This document shows positions 32,251 to 40,964 of a stretch of 63,058 bases of DNA, in pieces. Each line of letters starts with the position of its first letter. Positions within the stretch are counted from its first letter, which is position 1. The stretch comes from Brachymonas sp. (GTDB lineage: Bacteria > Pseudomonadota > Gammaproteobacteria > Burkholderiales > Burkholderiaceae_C). The notes under the pieces are model-generated. The model saw only the letters and a program-made list of their open reading frames with translations, did no database searches and was not told the origin of the DNA. A program made the position numbers and the translations under genes. The stretch lies in NCBI GenBank assembly GCA_017993135.1, contig JAGONG010000003.1, positions 1 to 63,058 of the forward strand, written 5' to 3'.

Positions 32251-33095
32251 GCCAGCTCCCTTTCTTTGAGCGCAAGCAGGGCGCACAGCCACAGCAAGGC
32301 GGGTGTGGCTAGCCAAAACAGGGCATTAGCCAGCCAATACAGGGCGTTGGTATCGGTGCGCGGGGCAGGCTCAAAGACGCTCCACCAAGCAAGCCCGCCC
32401 ATACTCCAGTTAAAAGTAAAGGCTAAAAACAGGCTGATTAAAAACAGCACAAATGCGATAACCGCCGTTTTAAGTACGGCCAAACGGCGAAACCAGATAC
32501 TGCCCAGCAGCGCCAAGCCCGCAGCCCCCGCAAACAGCAGCATGAGCGATATTTGCAAAGAAGGCTGCATGATGTTGTCTTGCTCGTACTTGATAAAGGG
32601 CAAAAACAGCTTGAAATCTTGCGGGTCGGGCAAGGTGCAGGCGACATTGCTGACGGCTTGCAGATGCAGGCACCGCTCCGTGTGCCATTGCAGCCCCAGC
32701 ACGCTGGCAAGCCAGTTGATAGGCAAGGTGCAAACGGTATACAGCAGCGGATACAGCAACAGCACCCACAACAGCGCCAGCAGCCATTTTTCAAATGCAG
32801 AAGCGGGGCGGGTCAGCAGCAGCAAGGCCGACTCGGGGCGGCGCAGTGCCGAAAAATACAGCCCCGCAAAGACCACGCCCGAAAGCATCAAGCCCGCAAA
32901 GAAAAACAAGCTTTGGGCGCTGGTATCGCCCACGCCGCCGTTGCTGATAGACAGCGAAATCAGCAGCAGCAAGGCATACACGGCCAGCACAGCGAGCAGC
33001 AGCAAGCTGTAGTTGCGGCGCTGCTCTGCCCAGTGTGCGCTGGCAAGTCGGGCAAAGCGGCGGGGGTTAAAGCAGGTAATGGGGGCTTGTTTCAT
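32247..33095 (-). CDS. ABC-2-type permease-like membrane protein
   Basis: About six TM helices, LLTRPASAFEK motif, LKE.E C-terminus; coupled to the ATPase. Confidence 0.75.
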   Translation of the reverse strand: MKQAPITCFNPRRFARLASAHWAEQRRNYSLLLLAVLAVYALLLLISLSISNGGVGDTSAQSLFFFAGLMLSGVVFAGLYFSALRRPESALLLLTRPASAFEKWLLALLWVLLLYPLLYTVCTLPINWLASVLGLQWHTERCLHLQAVSNVACTLPDPQDFKLFLPFIKYEQDNIMQPSLQISLMLLFAGAAGLALLGSIWFRRLAVLKTAVIAFVLFLISLFLAFTFNWSMGGLAWWSVFEPAPRTDTNALYWLANALFWLATPALLWLCALLALKERELA

Positions 33096-34093
33096 GGCTT
33101 GCCTTGCGGGTGGAAGGGTGGCGCAGAGGCTGGCGCGTATGCGGGCTTGCACGTGGGTTTGCTTGTGAGATTGCCTGAGGGCAGGGCGGCAAGCACCGCG
33201 TCTTTGTTCAGGCTTAGCGCCTTGTAGAGCAACTCAAGCTGCACGGGGCTGGGCGCAAGGGCGGCACTTGCGGCACTTGCGGCGCTCGTGCCATCTGCCA
33301 CACGCCGCGCCACCCAGGCAATTTGCTGGCCAATCGGCTCTTGGTACAGCAGCACGGCGGGCGGCGGCAGGCTGGCAGCATCGCTGGCTACCCCCATGCT
33401 CAACCAGTTGGGCAAGTCAAACATGGGCCAAGACAGCACCAGTTGCCCTTGGTCGATAAACCAGATATGCCCCAGAATGCTTTCCAAATCGTGCGCTTGG
33501 TGCGTGCTAATAAGCACCAAGCGCTCTTGCTGCTCGGGCCGTGCCATCAGGCGCTTGAACTGGGCGCGGCTCACAATATCTAGCCCGTTGGTTGGCTCAT
33601 CCATCAGCAGCAGCGGCGTTTGCGTAGCCAGCGCAAAGGCAATGGCAGCTTTTTTCTTTTGCCCCAAACTCATCGCGCCAAACGTTTGATTGGCAGGCAC
33701 ATCCAACTCGTGCAGATAAATACCAAACAGCGCCGCACTAAAACGCGGATAAAACCCCGCATGCGTGCGCCGCAAGCTATCGGGCGTGAGGTTGGGCAGA
33801 TGAAACTCCTCGGGCAAGATATACATCTGGCACAAAAACTCAGCCGCACGCTGCCGAGGCACATAGCCCAGCACATCTACCCTGCCTGCATGGGGCGCAA
33901 GCAGCCCCGCCAAAATCTTGAGCAATGTAGATTTGCCACTGCCATTGCGCCCAAACAGGCCATAAATGCCTGCTTGCTGCAAGCTGGCGTTGAAGTGCGT
34001 AAACAAGGGCTGCTTGCCGTAGCCAAACATCAGGCTTTCGATATGGATGCCTGCATGCTGGGGCAAGGCGACAGGGGCGGGGGGTGAAGTCAT
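33092..34093 (-). CDS. ABC transporter ATP-binding protein (YtrB/NatA-like exporter)
   Basis: GRNGSGKST, MSLGQKKK signature, LLMDEPTNGLD, ISTH. Confidence 0.92.
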   Translation of the reverse strand: MTSPPAPVALPQHAGIHIESLMFGYGKQPLFTHFNASLQQAGIYGLFGRNGSGKSTLLKILAGLLAPHAGRVDVLGYVPRQRAAEFLCQMYILPEEFHLPNLTPDSLRRTHAGFYPRFSAALFGIYLHELDVPANQTFGAMSLGQKKKAAIAFALATQTPLLLMDEPTNGLDIVSRAQFKRLMARPEQQERLVLISTHQAHDLESILGHIWFIDQGQLVLSWPMFDLPNWLSMGVASDAASLPPPAVLLYQEPIGQQIAWVARRVADGTSAASAASAALAPSPVQLELLYKALSLNKDAVLAALPSGNLTSKPTCKPAYAPASAPPFHPQGKP

Positions 34094-34107
34094 GATGTGT
34101 AATTTGC

Positions 34108-35424
34108 TCAAGGTGCTGTGGCAGCTATGGTAGCGGCTTGGGCGCTCACAATCCACACAGGGTTTTCAGCCGCCATGCGGTGCATGTGCAAGATGGGTTT
34201 GCTGCGGGCGGCTTGCAGTTGCAGCACGTCCCACGTAGCGCCAGCGGCTTGCAGGGCGGTGGTGGCGGTGGCGAGGTTTTCGAGCGTGACAAAGTTCATC
34301 ACCAAATGCCCGCCCGTGCGCAGGCGTGCCAGTGCCAGCGTGATGAGTTCGCCCAGCTCGCCGCCCGAGCCGCCGATGAAGATGGCATCGGGCGCGGGCC
34401 AGTCGTCCATGCCTTGCGGGGCTTTGCCGTGCGCCAAGGTGTAGTTGGATACGCCAAAGCTGGCGTGGTTGCGCTGGGCTATGGCGTAGTCTTCGGCGTT
34501 TTTTTCTATCGCCCACACATGCCCCTGCGGGCACAGGCGGGCAGCTTCCAGCCCTACCGAGCCGCTGCCCGCGCCGATGTCCCACACCACGCTGTTTGGG
34601 CGCAGTTGCAGCCGTGCCAAGGTGACGGCGCGTACTTCTTGCTTGGTAATTAGCCCTTTTTCTGGTTGGCGCTGCTGGTAGGCGGTATCGGGCAGGCCAA
34701 AGCAGACGGGGGCAAGCAGCGGTGCGGTGCGCCAGAGCAGCACTACGTTAAGCGGGGCAAAGCGCATTTTGGCGGCGGTTTGCGGGTCAAGCTGGGTGTG
34801 GATTTTCTCTTGCGCTTGCAGCAGGTTTTCGGCCACGGCCAGCATGAATGCGTCGCCCAGACCTTCGGCCAGCAGCAGGCGGGCTATGCGCTCGGGGGTG
34901 TTGTGGGGGCTGGTGAGTACGAGTAAGCGGCTGTGCTGGCGTAGTGCCTGCGCCAGTGGGTACAGGCTGTGCGTGGGGGTGCTGCCGCGTTGCCATTCGC
35001 CTGTGTCTTTGCTGTGTGCCGAAACAATGCGGGCATCGTGCCAAGGCATGCCGATACGCGCGCAGGCCAGTTGCAGGGTGGAAAGGTTGGGCAAAATCTC
35101 CAGCGCATCAACGCAGACATGCGCGGCCAGATAGGGCGCTATGCCGTGGCACAGCGGGTCGCCCGTGGCGAGCACTACGCAGCTTTGGTTGGCAGCGCGC
35201 GCGGTGCGTATCCATTCGGGTACGGATGAAAGTTGCCCTGTTAAATCTAGCTGGCGGGCGCTGGGGCTGGCGTGGGGGGCAAGGAGCTGCAGGGTGCGTG
35301 TGCCGCCAATGAGCACGTCAGCACGGGCAATGTGTGCCAGCGCTGTGGCAGATAGGCTGGCTGCGCCGTCGTCAAGCACGCCGATGATGCGGCAGGGGTT
35401 GGGGTTGAGGCTGGTAGGGGGCAT
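34108..35424 (-). CDS. cobL: Bifunctional precorrin-6B C5,15-methyltransferase (CobL / CbiE-CbiT)
   Basis: VLATGDPL, LITKQEVR, WDIGAGSGSV, FIGGSGG. Confidence 0.93.
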   Translation of the reverse strand: MPPTSLNPNPCRIIGVLDDGAASLSATALAHIARADVLIGGTRTLQLLAPHASPSARQLDLTGQLSSVPEWIRTARAANQSCVVLATGDPLCHGIAPYLAAHVCVDALEILPNLSTLQLACARIGMPWHDARIVSAHSKDTGEWQRGSTPTHSLYPLAQALRQHSRLLVLTSPHNTPERIARLLLAEGLGDAFMLAVAENLLQAQEKIHTQLDPQTAAKMRFAPLNVVLLWRTAPLLAPVCFGLPDTAYQQRQPEKGLITKQEVRAVTLARLQLRPNSVVWDIGAGSGSVGLEAARLCPQGHVWAIEKNAEDYAIAQRNHASFGVSNYTLAHGKAPQGMDDWPAPDAIFIGGSGGELGELITLALARLRTGGHLVMNFVTLENLATATTALQAAGATWDVLQLQAARSKPILHMHRMAAENPVWIVSAQAATIAATAP

Positions 35425-35623
35425 GACAGGTTCAAATGGGCAAAAGCACAAAGGCAGATTGTGCTTGAAGGTTGGGTGCGCACGGCTTGGCTAGGCACGG
35501 GTTTGGTTGCGCGAAAGTTTGCAAGCGTACCAGACCTGCGCCGCCTTTGTTACCACACGGGGCAATCGGCTTGGCTACAGCGGCGCTTATTTATGGCGGC
35601 AATGCGGCAATGGTAATTTTGGG

Positions 35624-36244
35624 CTAGTCGGGCAGCAGCAGCTTGATAGCTAAAGCCACAAACACCAGCGCCGCGCAGCGGTTGAGCCAGATTTGTGTTT
35701 TGGCTGATTTTTGCAATGCTTGCCCCAGGCTGCCTGCCAGCAGCGCAAAGCCTGAGAAGGTCAGCCATGAGGTAGCAATAAAAAGTCCGCCCAAAAGCAA
35801 GGTTTGGCCGATGGGGTTGCCCGCTTTGTTGTCTATAAACTGCGGGAAAAGAGCCAGAAAAAACACCACCACCTTGGGGTTGCTCACATTCATAAAAACC
35901 CCGCGCCGCCATGCCTGCAACGGTTGTAAGGCAGGCGTGGCGGTGTTTGCCGCCATTTGTGCGGGTGCGCCCCACGCGCCCCATGCCAGATACAGCAGAT
36001 ACAGCCCGCCCACTGTTTTTAAAGCATTAAAAGCCCAAGGCGTAGCCGCCAGCAAAGCTGCCACCCCAAAAGCCACCGCCAGCGTATGCAGCACCAGCCC
36101 GCTGCACAAGCCCAACACCAGCCACAAACCCGATTTCACGCCCCGCATAGCAGACAGCGTAATCACAAAAAGATTGTCAGGCCCGGGCGAAAGGCACAAG
36201 ACAAAGGCAACGCCGAGAAACTTGATGATTTGCAAGAAAGGCAT
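35624..36244 (-). CDS. LysE/RhtB family amino-acid exporter
   Basis: LSPGPDN, GGLYLLYLAW, NVSNPK...FFLALFPQF; start ATG 36244. Confidence 0.92.
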   Translation of the reverse strand: MPFLQIIKFLGVAFVLCLSPGPDNLFVITLSAMRGVKSGLWLVLGLCSGLVLHTLAVAFGVAALLAATPWAFNALKTVGGLYLLYLAWGAWGAPAQMAANTATPALQPLQAWRRGVFMNVSNPKVVVFFLALFPQFIDNKAGNPIGQTLLLGGLFIATSWLTFSGFALLAGSLGQALQKSAKTQIWLNRCAALVFVALAIKLLLPD

Positions 36245-36395
36245 GTTTTGACCAATAAAAACGCAAACAACATCGCCATAAAAACAGCAACAACAAACAC
36301 TGCAAGCAACTATAACCCCAGCGCCCAAGCCCCAAACAAACTCCTGCACATCAGCACGACACAGCCAAATCAGCGCAGCGGCAAACCAGCCAACA

Positions 36396-36459
36396 ACAAC
36401 CAGCCCCCATGCGCCTTCCCAGACATTTATGCCCTGCAAGCCGCATAAACACTGGTTCA
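36396..36459. repeat. 64-bp imperfect palindrome, copy 3
   Basis: Contains atgccctgcaagccgcataaa, identical to the reverse complement of part of copy 1. Confidence 0.7.
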
Positions 36460-36487
36460 AGGAATTTTCAAACAATTTTGGTATTTA

Positions 36488-36574
36488 CTTTTGCGATTTC
36501 TGCGTAACCTTTGCGCCTTCTGCGTTCGCCCCCGTATTTCCTCTGCACCCTCTGCGTTCTCGCCCCCGTATTCC
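36488..36574. repeat. YTYTGCG-periodic REP-like repeat
   Basis: ttttgcg/ttctgcg/ctttgcg/ttctgcg at 9-11 bp spacing; cgcccccgtatt occurs twice. Confidence 0.55.
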
Positions 36575-36612
36575 AGCATTCCCGCAGAGAGCAGCGCCTT
36601 GCATGTTGGCGC

Positions 36613-38310
36613 TTATTTGCTTTTGCGCTGCCCCTTTTTGCCCACCTTTTTTGTGCTTTTCTTGAACAAAATCGTCGGAAAGCTCGCTGGCAGCGGGTTG
36701 GGGTAGTCGCGGATGTAGTGCAGGCCACGGCTTTCGTGGCGGCTGAGCGCGCTGCGCACAATCAGGTCGGCACAATCGAGCAGGTTACGCAGCTCAAGCA
36801 GGTCGCGGCTGACTTTGAAGTTGGCGTAGTAGTCGTTGATTTCTTCTTTGAGCAGCACGATGCGGTTTTGGGCGCGTTCTAGTCGGCGCACGGTGCGCAC
36901 TATGCCTACGTAGTTCCACATCATGAGGCGTACTTCATCCCAGTTGTGGGCGATGACGACTTGCTCGTCGGCATTTTCTACCATGCTTTCATCCCATTCG
37001 GGCAGGGCGGGGCAGGGCGCGGGGGGCTGCTGCAAGATGCTGGCAGCGCAGCTTTTGCCAAATACCACGCATTCGAGCAGCGAGTTGCTGGCCAAGCGGT
37101 TGGCTCCATGCAGACCCGTGTAGCTGGCTTCGCCTACGGTGTAGAGGCGTGGCAGGTCGGTTTGGCCGTGCAGGTCGGTGACTACGCCGCCGCAGGTGTA
37201 GTGCGCGGCTGGCACTACGGGTATGGGGGTGGTGGCAATGTCTATGCCCAGCTCCATGCAGCGCTGGTAGATGGTGGGGAAGTGTTCTTGCAAAAACGCA
37301 CGCCCCAAGTGGGTGGCATCTAGCAAGACGTGGTCCAAGCCGTGTTTTTTGATTTCAAAGTCGATGGCGCGTGCCACGATGTCGCGCGGGGCAAGCTCGG
37401 CGCGGGGGTCGTGCTCGGGCATAAAGCGCACGGCAGTGATGTTGCCGTCGGCATCTTTCAGGGGCAGTTTGAGGTGTGCGCCTTCGCCGCGCAGGGCTTC
37501 GGTAATCAAAAAACTGCGTTCTTGCGGGTGGTAAAGACAAGTGGGGTGGAACTGGATAAATTCCATATTGCCCACGCGGCAGCCCGCACGCCAGGCCATG
37601 GCTATGCCGTCGCCAGTAGAGGTGTCGGGGTTGGTGGTGTAGCGGTAAACCTTGCCTACGCCGCCACTGGCTAGCACTACGGCGCGGGCGCTTAAGGTGC
37701 GTACTTTGTCGGCATCAATATCAAGCACGTACAGGCCGTAGCATTGCTGCATGGCATTGCTGCTGCTATCAGGCAGATGGCGCTCGGTGATGAGGTCTAT
37801 GGCCATCCAGCGTTCATGCAGGGTGATGTTGGGGTGCGCCTTGACGGCATCAAGCAAGGTGTCGTGTATGGCTTTGCCTGTGGCATCTGCTGCATGGGCT
37901 ATGCGGCGCACGGTGTGGCCGCCTTCGCGGGTGAGGTGCAGCCCCAAGGGGCCTTGCGCATCAGGCGAGAAGGGCACGCCTTGCGCTACCAACCAAGCTA
38001 TGGCGGCTTTGCTGTGCTGTGCAATATGCTGCGCTGTGCGCTCATCGACTATGCCTGCGCCAGCGTCTAGCGTATCGTGCACGTGGCTGGCAATGCTGTC
38101 GTCTTTGCCCAGCACGCCCACAATGCCGCCTTGCGCTGAAGCTGTGGCTGAGATTTCCAGTTTGCGCTTGGCTAGTACGATGACGGGCGCATGGTCTGCC
38201 AGATGCAAGGCAACGGTAAGACCAGCCAGCCCTGCACCAACTACGACAACGGGCAAATCTGTGTGCTTGCACAAGGTGTGTGCATCAGAAAGAGGCGTGG
38301 ATGTGTTCAT
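36613..38310 (-). CDS. nadB: L-aspartate oxidase
   Basis: VGAGLAGL, AQGGI, REGGH, EFIQFHPT, AAHYTCGG, HGANRLASNSLLE. Confidence 0.96.
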   Translation of the reverse strand: MNTSTPLSDAHTLCKHTDLPVVVVGAGLAGLTVALHLADHAPVIVLAKRKLEISATASAQGGIVGVLGKDDSIASHVHDTLDAGAGIVDERTAQHIAQHSKAAIAWLVAQGVPFSPDAQGPLGLHLTREGGHTVRRIAHAADATGKAIHDTLLDAVKAHPNITLHERWMAIDLITERHLPDSSSNAMQQCYGLYVLDIDADKVRTLSARAVVLASGGVGKVYRYTTNPDTSTGDGIAMAWRAGCRVGNMEFIQFHPTCLYHPQERSFLITEALRGEGAHLKLPLKDADGNITAVRFMPEHDPRAELAPRDIVARAIDFEIKKHGLDHVLLDATHLGRAFLQEHFPTIYQRCMELGIDIATTPIPVVPAAHYTCGGVVTDLHGQTDLPRLYTVGEASYTGLHGANRLASNSLLECVVFGKSCAASILQQPPAPCPALPEWDESMVENADEQVVIAHNWDEVRLMMWNYVGIVRTVRRLERAQNRIVLLKEEINDYYANFKVSRDLLELRNLLDCADLIVRSALSRHESRGLHYIRDYPNPLPASFPTILFKKSTKKVGKKGQRKSK

Positions 38311-38392
38311 GGCGGAAGATGGTAGCAAAGGCAGCTTTGGAGCAAAGGCACGGGAGCAAAAAAGCACAAGCAAAAGCTGGCTTTAGCTGGCT

Positions 38393-38602
38393 TTAGTGCT
38401 CGGCGCTTGTGTCTGTATCGTTATCTTTTGCTTTTTCAGGCTCGGGCATGCGATAGCTTTCGCTCGACCATGCGCCCAAATCAATCTGCTTGCAACGGTG
38501 GCTGCAAAAGGGGCGGTATGGGTTGCTAGGGGCGTAAATGCTGTCTTGTCCGCATTGGGGGCAGGTAACTATTCTTGCTTTTGCTGTCTCGGTGGTGGGC
38601 AT
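38393..38602 (-). CDS. yacG: DNA gyrase inhibitor
   Basis: CPQC...[15 protein letters not shown]. Confidence 0.93.
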   Translation of the reverse strand: MPTTETAKARIVTCPQCGQDSIYAPSNPYRPFCSHRCKQIDLGAWSSESYRMPEPEKAKDNDTDTSAEH

Positions 38603-38685
38603 GGATGTTTCTGGCAGAAGGGGGCAGTTTGTATGGCGGCGCGGGCTGTTTGCGCTTTACAGTCTGTGCAGTTTATGTTTGGTAA

Positions 38686-39441
38686 TCAGGCGCACAAGGT
38701 GAGCTGAAAATCGGTATCTACAGCTTTGGGCGTAACGTGCCCCTGCGCATCTTGCTGCATCATGCGCACAGTCACAATCAGGCGGTTGGCGCTGATTTCT
38801 GGAATGGCTTGCTGCTCGGGGCTGATTTGCAGGCGCAAGAGCTGAAAAGTGCGCCCTTGCGGCAGATTGTGCTGAAACATGCCGTTTTGCGCTGTGATTT
38901 TTTGGGGCTGCCCCGTGCCGCGCATTAAAGTCAAAAGCAGCTTGACGCTTTTGCAAATGGGCAGCAGGTAGCCTATCCAGCGTTGCAGGTCGCTTTGGCG
39001 CTCCTGCGCTGGCATGTGTTGCCATGCGTGGTAGGCAGGCAAGTCAAACTCGCAAGTGCCGCCTGGAATGTTGATGCGGCTGCGAATAGTTGTTAGCCAA
39101 TCGTTTTCTATCAGCTCGTGCCCTACTTTGCCCGCCATGCTTGCCAATTGCGAAAAGCTCGATTCGATGCTGTAGAGCATTTCATCAAGCGCTTTTTCGG
39201 CAACGGCAGGGTTGCCACGGTAGGCGTTAAGCAAGTTTTTTTGTTTGTCTAAATCGCGCATGATTTCAGACTTGAGGTCTGGGCGGCAGACAACATCCAA
39301 AATTTCAAACAGCGTGCTCAAGGCAAAATGGTGGTCAATCGCCTGTGTGCGCTCGCAAAGCTCCGTGTAGAGGTCGTAGAGATGCTCTAGCCGAAGCCAG
39401 GCGCGAATGCGTTCATTGAAAGGGTATTCGTACAGTATCAC
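38686..39441 (-). CDS. zapD: Cell division protein
   Basis: YEYPFNERIR..LRLE, IPGGTCEFDLP, PEISAN; GTG start. Confidence 0.95.
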   Translation of the reverse strand: MILYEYPFNERIRAWLRLEHLYDLYTELCERTQAIDHHFALSTLFEILDVVCRPDLKSEIMRDLDKQKNLLNAYRGNPAVAEKALDEMLYSIESSFSQLASMAGKVGHELIENDWLTTIRSRINIPGGTCEFDLPAYHAWQHMPAQERQSDLQRWIGYLLPICKSVKLLLTLMRGTGQPQKITAQNGMFQHNLPQGRTFQLLRLQISPEQQAIPEISANRLIVTVRMMQQDAQGHVTPKAVDTDFQLTLCA

Positions 39442-40076
39442 GCGTGCAGTTCCTTTGTTGCAATGATAAGGCCGAAATGCACGGCTATTTGCTGTATTTG
39501 TTGTTCTAAATGCTGCCAGTTGGTATTGCTGCCGTTGTCTATAACCATATCGGCAATCTGCAAGCGTGCTTCTCTGCTGCTTTGTGCAGCAATAATGGCT
39601 TTAACTTCATCGTATGCAAGCTGGCTGCGTTGCATCACGCGTTTGATTTGTGTAGCTTCATCACAATCCACCACAATAATGCCCTGCAAATGTGAGCGCC
39701 AATGTTGCGACTCTGCCAAAAGAGGAATATCGTAAAGCACCAGCGGCTTGCCCTGCTGCTGTGCTTCTTGCCCCTGCGCCAGCATTTGCGCCATAACAAC
39801 AGGATGGATGATGTCTTGCAACTGCTTGCGTGCTTCAGGGTCGCGAAAAATGCGCTCCCGCATGGCGGCACGGTTTAATGCGCCTGTTTCATCGATATAG
39901 GCATCGCCAAAAGCAGACTGGATAGCAGCCATAGCAGCACCATTGGCAGCAGTGCAGGCGCGAGAAATGGCATCAGCATCCAGCACAGTAGCGCCATAGC
40001 CAGCCAGCATTTTGCAAACCGTGCTTTTGCCACTACCAATACCGCCCGTGATGCCAATATGCCAAGTGGCTTGCAT
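39438..40076 (-). CDS. coaE: Dephospho-CoA kinase
   Basis: GITGGIGSGKST, IIHP, DIPLL.E. Confidence 0.96.
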   Translation of the reverse strand: MQATWHIGITGGIGSGKSTVCKMLAGYGATVLDADAISRACTAANGAAMAAIQSAFGDAYIDETGALNRAAMRERIFRDPEARKQLQDIIHPVVMAQMLAQGQEAQQQGKPLVLYDIPLLAESQHWRSHLQGIIVVDCDEATQIKRVMQRSQLAYDEVKAIIAAQSSREARLQIADMVIDNGSNTNWQHLEQQIQQIAVHFGLIIATKELHA

Positions 40077-40103
40077 GGTGTTTATGCTGGAAAAACAGGC
40101 TGC

Positions 40104-40964
40104 TTACTGCAAACCGAGCATTTGCAGCAAGCGCGATGCTCCCAGCAGCCACACGGCAACACCACCCAGAGCCAGAAAAGGGCCAAAAGGCACATAGCGC
40201 CCTTCGCGCAGTTGGCTAGAGAGCTTCATCACAATGCCAATCACCGAGCCAATCACCGCAGCCAGCAAAATGATAGGAATCAGCGCTTCTGCACCAAACC
40301 AGGCTCCCAAAGCAGCAAACAGCTTGAAGTCACCAAAGCCCATGCCTTCTTTGCCCGTTGCCAGCTTGAATGCCCAGTAGACCGACCACAAAGAAAGGTA
40401 GCCAATAGCAGCACCCCAAACAGAGGCAGACAGAGAAAGCCCCGTCCAACCTTGCGTTGTAGCAAGAAGACCAGCCCACAGCAAAGGCAGGGTAAGGCTG
40501 TCAGGCAAATAGGTGGTATCCCAGTCAATGAGCGTCAGGCAAAGCAGGCAGGCGCCAAAAAAGAACCAAGCCAGCGCCACCCATTCAAAGCCATAGCGTG
40601 TTACGCACCACCATGCCAAAGCACCCGTTACCAGCTCTACCAGAGGGTAGCGCAGACCAATCGGGGTTTTGCAAGAAGAACATTTGCCGAGCAAAGCCAG
40701 ATAGCTGACAACAGGAATATTTTCATACCAGCGTATGCGGTGGCCACATTTGGAGCAACGCGAAGCAGGTGTAAGCAGATTAAATCGTTCGCCTGTTTCT
40801 TCTGGCGGCTCTTGTCCCTGCTGTTGTGCCGCATAAGCAGCGTGTTCGGCAGCCCAACCTTGCTCCATCATTTTGGGCAAGCGGTAAACCACAACGTTTA
40901 AAAAACTGCCAAATAGCAGGCCAAAAAAGCCTGCAACCGCAGCAAACAGAGCTAAATCGTCCAT
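40104..40964 (-). CDS. pilD: Prepilin peptidase/N-methyltransferase
   Basis: GSFLNVV.YRLP, two CxxC pairs, GMGFGDFKL, PFGPFL. Confidence 0.96.
   Translation of the reverse strand: MDDLALFAAVAGFFGLLFGSFLNVVVYRLPKMMEQGWAAEHAAYAAQQQGQEPPEETGERFNLLTPASRCSKCGHRIRWYENIPVVSYLALLGKCSSCKTPIGLRYPLVELVTGALAWWCVTRYGFEWVALAWFFFGACLLCLTLIDWDTTYLPDSLTLPLLWAGLLATTQGWTGLSLSASVWGAAIGYLSLWSVYWAFKLATGKEGMGFGDFKLFAALGAWFGAEALIPIILLAAVIGSVIGIVMKLSSQLREGRYVPFGPFLALGGVAVWLLGASRLLQMLGLQ

Noticed and set aside
35425-35623. Cobalamin riboswitch upstream of cobL
   Set aside because: No recognisable GGGAA core or B12-box; only a weak ttgccccg resemblance
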